From Octopus bimaculoides (taxonomy: Eukaryota): DNA of 39,997 nucleotides. The notes under the pieces were generated by a model that was not told the DNA's origin, did no database searches, and saw nothing but the letters and a program-made list of their open reading frames with translations. Each line of letters begins with the position of its first letter. Position 1 is the first letter of the stretch. The stretch covers positions 36,690,891 to 36,730,887 of the forward strand of contig NC_069002.1 of the NCBI RefSeq assembly GCF_001194135.2. Reading direction: 5' to 3'. Shown here piece after piece: positions 1 to 11,141 of the stretch. Position numbers and translations under genes: made by a program.

Positions 1-71
1 CACATGTGTGCACGGGTGTCTGTGTGTATTGATAATGCTTTACTTCCACATACATATATATATATATATAT

Positions 72-286
72 ACGAGCTTCTGTCAGTTTCCTTTGACCAA
101 ATCCACTCACAAGACTTTGGTTGGCACAAAGCTAAGGTAGGAGTCACATGCCCAAAGTGCCATGCAGTGGGGCTGAACCCAGAACCATGTGGTTGGGAAG
201 CAATCTTCTTACCACATAGCCATGCTTGCACCTATATATATATAATATATATATATATACACACACACACATATATACATATATAT

Positions 287-324
<38 letters not shown>

Positions 325-520
325 CTTTTATCTTTTACTTGTTTCAGTCAGTCATTGGACTGCAGCCATACTGGGGCAATGCCTCGAAGGGTTTTAGTCA
401 AACAAATCGGCCCTAGTACACATCATTTTTCACCTTGGTACTTACAATATTGTTCTCCTTTGCTGAACTGCTAAGTTACAGAGACATAAACACAACAACA
501 CCAGTTGTCAAGAGGTGGGG
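72..520 (-). mobile_element. Two half-copies of the same SINE family separated by (TA)/(CA) repeats
   Basis: 72-232 matches the 5' half and 323-520 matches the 3' half of 24145-24535. Confidence 0.75.
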
Positions 521-1491
521 NNNNNNNNNNNNNNNNNNNNNNNNNNNNNNNNNNNNNNNNNNNNNNNNNNNNNNNNNNNNNNNNNNNNNNNNNNNNNNNN
601 NNNNNNNNNNNNNNNNNNNNNNNNNNNNNNNNNNNNNNNNNNNNNNNNNNNNNNNNNNNNNNNNNNNNNNNNNNNNNNNNNNNNNNNNNNNNNNNNNNNN
701 NNNNNNNNNNNNNNNNNNNNNNNNNNNNNNNNNNNNNNNNNNNNNNNNNNNNNNNNNNNNNNNNNNNNNNNNNNNNNNNNNNNNNNNNNNNNNNNNNNNN
801 NNNNNNNNNNNNNNNNNNNNNNNNNNNNNNNNNNNNNNNNNNNNNNNNNNNNNNNNNNNNNNNNNNNNNNNNNNNNNNNNNNNNNNNNNNNNNNNNNNNN
901 NNNNNNNNNNNNNNNNNNNNNNNNNNNNNNNNNNNNNNNNNNNNNNNNNNNNNNNNNNNNNNNNNNNNNNNNNNNNNNNNNNNNNNNNNNNNNNNNNNNN
1001 NNNNNNNNNNNNNNNNNNNNNNNNNNNNNNNNNNNNNNNNNNNNNNNNNNNNNNNNNNNNNNNNNNNNNNNNNNNNNNNNNNNNNNNNNNNNNNNNNNNN
1101 NNNNNNNNNNNNNNNNNNNNNNNNNNNNNNNNNNNNNNNNNNNNNNNNNNNNNNNNNNNNNNNNNNNNNNNNNNNNNNNNNNNNNNNNNNNNNNNNNNNN
1201 NNNNNNNNNNNNNNNNNNNNNNNNNNNNNNNNNNNNNNNNNNNNNNNNNNNNNNNNNNNNNNNNNNNNNNNNNNNNNNNNNNNNNNNNNNNNNNNNNNNN
1301 NNNNNNNNNNNNNNNNNNNNNNNNNNNNNNNNNNNNNNNNNNNNNNNNNNNNNNNNNNNNNNNNNNNNNNNNNNNNNNNNNNNNNNNNNNNNNNNNNNNN
1401 NNNNNNNNNNNNNNNNNNNNNNNNNNNNNNNNNNNNNNNNNNNNNNNNNNNNNNNNNNNNNNNNNNNNNNNNNNNNNNNNNNNNNNNNNNN
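521..1491. other. Assembly gap (N run); others at 2691-2700, 3189-3754, 4863-5103, 9359-9368 and 9741-9750
   Basis: Runs of N. Confidence 1.
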
Positions 1492-1813
1492 TCAAAAACA
1501 CACACACACACACACACACCCACATAGGTAGAAACACACACGACAGGCTTCTCTCAATTATGTATTATTTTTGCAGTGCACAGAACTACACACCTAGCTT
1601 CCTAAAGCACACCAGTGTACTATGTCATGCCATTTAGGGACCTCTCTGCCTTTGCGGGGGTTTTTTAACACACTACAAACAAAAAATGAAAACAAAATAA
1701 TACACCAGGAATAGATACATATACATGCAAAAAAAAAAAAAACACCAAACTTGTTTTTGTAGAGGTTGGGTTGTATTATTATTACTATTATTATTATTAT
1801 TATTATTATTCAC

Positions 1814-1922
1814 CTTGCGGTGTGGCTGTGGACAAGCTGCGACAGCTCTGTGTGTACATTGTTACTGAGCTCATGTGGAAGTCCAGGCACTCTTGACGAC
1901 ATCGGTTGAATGTTTCCACTAA
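1814..1922 (-). CDS. INPP4: INPP4 exon 12: LVETFNRCRQECLDFHMSSVTMYTQSCRSLSTATPQ(G)
   Basis: ttttcctttttgtcag acceptor, AAG|gtgaat donor, phase 0 to 1. Aligns without gaps to recalled INPP4A [30 protein letters not shown] (L1, R9, Y23, L30). Confidence 0.8.
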
Positions 1923-2647
1923 CTGACAAAAAGGAAAAGTAATAACACAGTCACATTAACGGCAAGGAAGAAAAAGAAAAGAAGCTTAGTCTGTGTTTAA
2001 GAAACCTTCAAATTGCATTTCAAATTCACCACCACCACCACCACCATCATCACAGCTACAATTGAAATCATCACCATTGTCGCCATGATCATCTTTATCA
2101 TATGTGTCTCTCTCTATAAGCATGGACATTCCTGATCCATGATATTATATCAAGATGTCAGCTCCTATAAAGGAATAAGCAACAGCAGAAAATAAGAAAT
2201 AATTATAACAATAATAATTCTTGCTAGCAAAGGCACAAGGCCAGCAATTTGAGGAGGGGGAGGGGGTAAGTTGATTACATCAACCCCAGTGCTCAACTGA
2301 TACTTTATCTTATCAACCCCAAAAGGATGAAAGGCAAAAATCGACCTCAGTAAGATTTGAACTCAGAATGTAAAGACAGACAGAATGCTACTAAGCATTT
2401 TGCCAGTTGGCCACCTTCGTAACAATAATAATAATCCTTTCTACTAGAGGCATAAGGCCTGAAATTTGGGGGGAGGGGTACCAGTCGATTACATCAACCC
2501 CAGTACTCCACCAGTACTTAATTTATTGACCCTGAAAGGATGAAAGACAAAGTCAACCTCGGCGGAATTTGAACTCAGAACGTAACAGCAGACAAAATAC
2601 CACTGAGCATTTTGCCTGGTGTGCTAACGATTCTGCCAGCTCACTAC

Positions 2648-2690
<43 letters not shown>

Positions 2691-2700
2691 NNNNNNNNNN

Positions 2701-2743
<43 letters not shown>

Positions 2744-5700
2744 TTTATCAACATCATTAAATTGAGTTTTATGCATCTTTTATATATTGGGTTGGCAACT
2801 AAGTTCCCACGATTTTTTTAAATTTTGGAATCTGTCTTTTTCGAGAATTCTATTTTTGAACCATTTTGGAATCTATTTTGTTTTTTTTCTAGTTAATTTT
2901 AGTTAATTTTTGTTTATTTTCAGATCATTAAAATGGAATGTCAAGTTAAGAAAAACAAGCATTTTCGACACCTCCTTCTTTTTGCTTTTAATCAAGGTTC
3001 TAAGGCTGCAAAAGCTGCTCGCGACATTTGTGCTGTGTATGGAGAGGGTGCCATAGCTGAAAGAACCGCTTGTGATTGGTATGCCAAGTTCAAAAATGGA
3101 AATTTTGACCTCAAAGACGCACCTTGTTCTGGCCGTCCAGTTGAGTTCGATGAAGAGCGATTAAACCAACTTTTGCATGAAAATTCTCNNNNNNNNNNNN
3201 NNNNNNNNNNNNNNNNNNNNNNNNNNNNNNNNNNNNNNNNNNNNNNNNNNNNNNNNNNNNNNNNNNNNNNNNNNNNNNNNNNNNNNNNNNNNNNNNNNNN
3301 NNNNNNNNNNNNNNNNNNNNNNNNNNNNNNNNNNNNNNNNNNNNNNNNNNNNNNNNNNNNNNNNNNNNNNNNNNNNNNNNNNNNNNNNNNNNNNNNNNNN
3401 NNNNNNNNNNNNNNNNNNNNNNNNNNNNNNNNNNNNNNNNNNNNNNNNNNNNNNNNNNNNNNNNNNNNNNNNNNNNNNNNNNNNNNNNNNNNNNNNNNNN
3501 NNNNNNNNNNNNNNNNNNNNNNNNNNNNNNNNNNNNNNNNNNNNNNNNNNNNNNNNNNNNNNNNNNNNNNNNNNNNNNNNNNNNNNNNNNNNNNNNNNNN
3601 NNNNNNNNNNNNNNNNNNNNNNNNNNNNNNNNNNNNNNNNNNNNNNNNNNNNNNNNNNNNNNNNNNNNNNNNNNNNNNNNNNNNNNNNNNNNNNNNNNNN
3701 NNNNNNNNNNNNNNNNNNNNNNNNNNNNNNNNNNNNNNNNNNNNNNNNNNNNNNAGCAGCATGGAATTCTTCTGCTGCACGACAACGCCCGCCCTCATAT
3801 CGCCAATATGACCAAGGAAGCCATTCAAATGCATGGCTGGGAAGTGCTGCCACACCCGCCGTACTCTCCTGATTTGACACCAACAAATTTCCACCTCTTT
3901 CGATCTCATTGGAATGCTATGCACGGAGTTTCCTTCAATACTGATGCAGATTTGAGAGCTTGGTTGGATAAAATTTTTCAAGTGGAAATCGGGTGATTTC
4001 TACCAACGAGGTATTGAAAATCTTGTTGAACGTTGGGAAGAAGTTGTAAACAACAAGGGTGAATACATTATTGATTAATTAGTTGTAATTTTTTTATTAA
4101 ACTTTTTTAAAAAATATAAATTTTAAAAAAACGGCAGGAACTTAGTTGCCAACACCATACATCTTATAAAAAAGAATTAGTAATAGCAGAAGTTGGTATC
4201 ATCATCATCATCATTATCAGCAACACCAATATCACTAAATGTTTCTCCACCACCACAACAGTTCATAATATTATGTCAGACAATATAAAGTAATTAACAA
4301 CAACAGAGATCATCATCATCGTCATCATCACGTCTCCCTTCATCAAATTATGTTCTAGAATTGTTTCTCTAGACCAATGTTTCTCAACTACTTTTTACCT
4401 CTGAACCTCTTTGATTGTTACTTTACTTGATGGACCCACACAGCCATTCAATGTTTAAAAAATCATATTATATTTTTAGAATTAAATCTTATTCGGAATT
4501 GTATTTAAAAAATAGTTAAAATATTTTGTGTATTGTAGGAGCGTAACCAATTTACTGCAGATAAATTTTAACAACAAAATCTTATATGGACTCTACAAAA
4601 GTCCTTGTAGACCCCAGTCACTGCTCCAGTATTCAACTGGTACCTATTTTATCAACCCCGAAAGGATGAAAGGCAAAATCGACTTCAGCAGAATTTCAAC
4701 TCAGAATATAAAAACAGACAAAATGGTGCTAAGCATTTTTCCCTGCGTGCTAACAATTCTGCCAGCTCACCACCTGATATCATTTTGTGGTATGAAGTAA
4801 TTGTCAAGTTATGTCCTTAACATGTAACCTTTTGTACAACAAAAGTGCTCCCTCCCTCCCTCNNNNNNNNNNNNNNNNNNNNNNNNNNNNNNNNNNNNNN
4901 NNNNNNNNNNNNNNNNNNNNNNNNNNNNNNNNNNNNNNNNNNNNNNNNNNNNNNNNNNNNNNNNNNNNNNNNNNNNNNNNNNNNNNNNNNNNNNNNNNNN
5001 NNNNNNNNNNNNNNNNNNNNNNNNNNNNNNNNNNNNNNNNNNNNNNNNNNNNNNNNNNNNNNNNNNNNNNNNNNNNNNNNNNNNNNNNNNNNNNNNNNNN
5101 NNNAAAGAACAAGTGAGATACACAATACAGCAATCTCAATCCAAATTCTATTATTGTTGTTATTAAAAAATTCTTTTATATTATTACATTTTATACTTAT
5201 CATTTGTTGTCTAACAATACATGTCAGAGATTGATTGAGCAAGCGCACAATCAAATGCTGACTCATTATGTGTTGCCATGAAGCAAATGAGTCCAAGTCA
5301 AGGGTGAAAAGGATAGTTCAATCATTAAAGACATCATCATCAACATCAACAACGACATTTAAGATCCATTTTCCATGCTGGCAAGTGTTGGACAGCTGAA
5401 CAAGAACTGGCAAAGCCAGGAGCCACAACAGATTCCATAGTCTGTTTTGGCTTCGTTTCTACAGCTGGATGCCCTTCCTAATGCCAAGAAGGAAGAAACA
5501 TTTAATAAAAATTTCATAACTTATCTTGTTAAATAAATATACACGGAAAACACCACGACTACAAAATGAAAATTAGAAAAATAAAAACAACCACTGCTGG
5601 AAACTGGAAAAGAAAAGATATTTGGCAAATATCAATAAACAAAATTTACAAATGTCAAAGAGAGGTAATAAAAAAAAATTGATGATAATAGTACATGATG

Positions 5701-8700
5701 ATCCTGTTGATGATGATGATGACTATAATGATGGTGATGTTGGTAGAGGAACAGATGACCACAATATGGATGACGATAGCAGCAGTGATAACGACTCCCC
5801 ATCACTGGCCATCGTTAGTCTTTTGAAGTATTGACAAGATGATGATGATGATAGCGGTGCTGGTGGTGGTCTGGTATATTTACCTTGTAATTTATTCTTC
5901 AATACTGTAACAAGTATGGGGAAAACAAAGCTTCACTGATGATGTCGGAATAATACTAAAATATACCTAAAGTTATCTCCCATACTTGCAAACAAATAAA
6001 AACATTAATGATTTACTAATAGTTTGTTTGTTTGTTCTTTCCTTTTGGCATAATTATTTCTAATTAGCTTCCAACTTCTTTGTAATATATTAACACAAAG
6101 CCATCTGTCTGTTGGTCTCACTGGTTATTATTTTACCTTTAGTTAGCTTTGAATGCTCCATTCATTGCAATGTCAGCATTAACATATCGAGATACATATT
6201 TTAAACATTTACAAATGAGAATTTTGAAGAAAGGTGATAAACCATCAGGGAATTGAACCTGTATCCGCTGGCACTGGTTGTTGGTTGTTGCTCTGTCATT
6301 GTTCCTGGGAAGGATGAGAACATCACAACAATCGCTCCATTCTGGCCTCACATCAACAGATCTGAGTGGCATTCTGTCAGTTATGGAGTGACTAATCATA
6401 GATTAACAATGAGTGATTCAAGTGAGTGATAAAAGAATATTAAGTGATTGGTCAGAGGGAATCAAGCTATTCATCAGAGAAGATCAAATGATTGATCAGA
6501 AAAAGATCAAGAGAATAATCAGAGATGATAAAAAAAATTGACCCAATCCCTTCACCTCTGGTCATTAATATAACTCAAGACTTTGCTCTCAGAGATCAAA
6601 TAACTGACCAATTCATGGAATTGACATTTATCCTCACAATAATCTTCTATTTTTATTTAGTTGTGAGGAAATAAAAGAAACTTGATTACAATCATATCAT
6701 CCATCTCCATCTATTATTCCTGGGAAGGTCATGGGAGGAGAGTCCTCAGACACCTCTCTCACAGGCTTGCTATCAGAAGCAATTGTCAATAGACTTTCCT
6801 GTTGGATTCCCAAACATCACCAACTGAGATTAAGGATTTAATTCAACCATTTCATTCTTGGTCTATCCTTAGAACTCCTGCTGGCTGAATCAGCTTGAAG
6901 AACCTGTCATGCAATTCTTTTCTGTGACACATTAATCCCATGTCCATAGTACTGGAGCTGAGACCCCTTCAATGCAGAGAAGTAACATGCACCCAGTCAA
7001 GTAACGTTACTCCAGAGATCCTTCAACAAAAGCCCATTTCCGACCATAACTTGTAATTTAAACAGTTATTAGAGAACAAATATTATAGTTTAGAAGTGTT
7101 TCTCAACCCCTTTTTGCCTGCAGACCCCTTTAATTCCTATTTTACTCTACTAGACCCTCGTACCCAGTCAATGTTTTAAAACATCCTATTATACTGTTAT
7201 AATTAAATATTATTAAGAATTGTATTTTTAAAAAAACTGATATTTTGTGTATTGACGGACCCCCAAGGGCTATGTGGGCCCCAGTTGAGAATCCCTGGTT
7301 TAGAACAAGTATTATAGATTACCAAACAACCAGCTGAGGAATCAGTAGATCCATTTTTATTTCTTTTAGAACCTAACTGAGGAATGAAGGTACATTGCTG
7401 ATGGTTTCTCAAAGCTCTGCCACATTTGACAGAATGTCGTTAACCATAAATCTGCCCAATCAGAGCATGTCACTGAAAAATTAAGTTCAAGATTAAAAAG
7501 AAAGAAATACTAAAAAAATAAAAATGAAATTTGGAATGAAGTAGACAATAAAAATTCATTTGTGAAGATGAGAAACAAACCCACTGAAAAGAAATATCTG
7601 CTGTGTGAAAATCAAAGAATGTTTAAGATATCAGTAATATTAGTGTCAAAAGACGTGGTTGGCTACTCTCTTAGGCAGTGGGTATTAGTAATAATTTCTT
7701 AAACATTTGTAATGAATTATTCCAGAGTGCAAAGTAACTCAGTATTAATATGTGATGATATGCATAAACATATACACACATCTTGCATGCAAGTGTGTTA
7801 GGTTGTCAGATAAATTTTAAATTTTCTTTTTAATGTTATTTCAATCAACCTGACAATATATTTATCAGTGTTTTGTGGATTTTTCTGACTATCCTTTCTC
7901 TACAACTTTCATTTACTGCTTTTAAAATTTGAATAAATTTCATTTCCTTTCAGACATGTAACAATAGAGTGTCAAGTAGAAAAAGAAAATGAGCATTTTA
8001 GTGTTTAAACAGGTTATATCCAGCTCAATATTCCAGGTGTTTTATGTTCAAACTGGCAAGATTCAGCCTCTTACACCTACCCTACAATGTCATTCTAAAG
8101 CTAAACAAACACACCATCGAAATCTCAAAGCTACCAGGTAAATGTATGATTAATTCAAAACAATGTGAATAAATAAGCATTGTATTTAGTAGAGTAAGCT
8201 GAATGGCAAAGGGTTAAACACTTGCTTCACTTCACTTTCGTCATACAGTTCCAAAGCTGTCAAAGCCACTCAAGAACGTTTGTGTTGTGTACGGAGAAAG
8301 CACTGTTACTGAAAGAACTCTACAGAAACGGTTTTCATGATTCAAGGAGGAGAAATCTGACCTCACAGACTTTGCATATTCCAGCCGACCTGTTCGTTTC
8401 AATTAGGATCAATTGAACCAGCTCATTCACAAGGATCCACACTAATTCACCAGGGAATTGACCCAGTAGTTGCAAATGCTCAGTAGATGCAATGATACTG
8501 TTACCTATCACCTGAGCTCGATGGACAAGGTCCAAGAGCGCAGTGCATAGGTTCCACATACCCTGAATAAAAGAGATTCCTCCATCAAAGCCAGTTCTTG
8601 CTCATTTGACACCAGGCTCTTCGTGGATACAAACAGAGATTTCTTTACTGCATCATCACCATCAATAGAAAATGGTGCCTTTATGCCAATATGAAGCAGA

Positions 8701-9305
8701 GGAAAGAATGGCTGAGTCCCAGGAAGCAAACAACACCTTGAGCCAAGCCAGAGCAGCATCGACACAACGATATGCAACTGGTAGGATTGGAAAAGGCTAA
8801 TCCATAATAAAATGCTTAAAAACAATCATAAGGTCAATGCAGAGATTTTAAGTTCAGCAAAGACACTGGCTCAATAAGGCAATCCAAATAAGACCTCACC
8901 TGTGACATAGCATGCTTCTTCATCATGACAATGCTCACCTCACATTGCTAATTTAACCAAAAATGCTATTCAAATACTTAATTAGGAAGCTCTACTGAAG
9001 CTACAGTATTCTCTTGATATAGATTTATTATTATTATTATTATTATTAGAACCTTTTGCAGTCACTCTCCAACAGTCTACGAGGCATTTTATTCAACCAC
9101 ATGGAACTGAAAACATGGTTCATTGAATTCTTCAAGTCTAGATTCAGTGGTTTCAACCATCAAGGCATTAACAAGTTTATGGAACATTGGCAAGAAGTTG
9201 TGGACAATGAAGGGGAACGTAGTATTGACTGGTTTGTTGAAACTGTTCATGGGAAATACAGACTAAAATGCCTGGAAACAAAAATAAAGGATTTATCTGA
9301 CAACC

Positions 9306-9358
<53 letters not shown>

Positions 9359-9662
9359 NNNNNNNNNNACACACACACATACACACACACACACACACGT
9401 GAATGTGCATGGCTTAACAGTTAGGTAGTTGAGCTTATGATCACAAACTCGTGGTTTCGTTTCCCCCGACGGACAGCGCATTGCATTCTGGACACAAAAC
9501 ACTTCACTTCATATTGTTCCAGTCCACTTAACTCTAAATGGGTGACTGTGACAGCATGGCATTGTGTTCAGGGAAAATGTCAGCCAGTGGATAGAATCAT
9601 TTAAAAGCTACAATATATACATACACATACATGTTTATATATATACATACATACATACATAC

Positions 9663-9695
<33 letters not shown>

Positions 9696-11089
9696 CATAT
9701 ATATACATATATATATATATATAGACATATATATATATATNNNNNNNNNNATATATATAGACATATATATATATAGACATATATATATATATAGACATAT
9801 ATATATATATACAACCATATACATACACACACACATGCACACATACACACACTCATACAGATAATTTAAATATCCCAAAGTAGCACTTTACATGCAAAGT
9901 CTAAGAGACAAGTCGTGTTATAAGCCTACAATTTCAAGCATGCATGCAGGCATAAACCAGGATACAAACAAAAACAAGAAAAACAAGAAAACACAAATGT
10001 CTCAAAAAAAAAAACAAATTCTGGACAATTTCCAAAACACTTCTATATATATCTATATATACTGATTAACATTCAAGCCATTTCAATACATAATATTTAC
10101 CAGCATTCAAAATTTATGGCCTGAAAGTCTTGAAATAGATTCCTAATATTTGAACGAACTTCTTTCTTTTAAAATCTGGAGGTTTATATTGCTGCCCTTT
10201 TACTAACCGTTCATTAACACATTTTTTATCTTTTCAGTTTTACTTTTGGGTAGACAAAGTCTGTAAATTCATAATTTTGCATGCACCAGTTCTCTTTTAA
10301 CTATATATTTATAGATATATTTAATTGTTTTGTTTGTGCACATGCGTGCGTGTGTGCTTGCACGTTATATATGTATGTATGTATGTATGTGTGCATGTGT
10401 GTGTCTGTGTGTATCTCGTTGTTTTAATGTCCACTTTTCCATGTTTGCATGGATCAGATGGAAACCATCGAGGCAGAGTTTCTCTGGCCAGATGTCTTTC
10501 CTGTCAACACCCCTCATTTGTTTCAAACACGGTAATATTTCCTCATGAACAGGACATGTTATTATGGAAGATAAAACAAGGCATATATACATATAAGAGG
10601 CATGCTTCTTAGCCATATGGCCTTAACCCACTGTGCAGAACCTTGGGCAACTGTCTTCTCCTAAAGCCCCACAGGGCAACCAAAGCCTTGTCAGTGGATT
10701 TGATAGTTAGAAACTGAAGGAAACCCATTGTGTGCATGTATGTGTGTGTATGTATATATACACACACGCACATGTAATATATAGGTGTGTGTGTGTATGT
10801 ACTGTTGTGTAGACATCATGTGATGGCTGTAAATGAGCATCACTGTTATATATGTGAGGTTGTTCGTTTCCAATCTTCAGTGGAAAACGTTTGGCTATGG
10901 GGAAATATTACTTTGCTTGGAGACAGGTGAGTGTTGACAATAGGAAGGGCATCTGCCTCAACAAATTTCACCTGACCCATGAAAAGTGGATGTGATGATG
11001 ATGATGATGATTAAAGAGAGAGTTGTGTGTGTGTGTGTGTGTGTATGATACATGGGGAAACGCTGAAAAATAAGAAAAATGATATATTT

Positions 11090-11141
<52 letters not shown>

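Noticed and set aside
1594-1672. AG...GT-bounded segment as candidate INPP4 exon 13
   Set aside because: It has a stop (TG TGT TAA) in the required phase 1, no PSFK/FVPTNLH similarity, and stops in the other frames. The next exon is probably in the gap or off-window.
435-5296. Long ORFs of 100-400 aa in the ORF track (435-1637, 471-1541, 2992-3981, 4804-5296 etc.)
   Set aside because: They are runs of X from N gaps. Only 2933-3188 and 3755-4078 (mariner transposase) carry real coding signal.
8335-8825. Minus-strand ORFs with plausible-looking hydrophobic sequence
   Set aside because: They are antisense to the decayed mariner transposase.
9564-9878. YI/HT/CV-repeat ORFs (also 8-474, 10325-10616, 16131-16559, 29848-30118)
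   Set aside because: These are translations of microsatellites and SINE tails.
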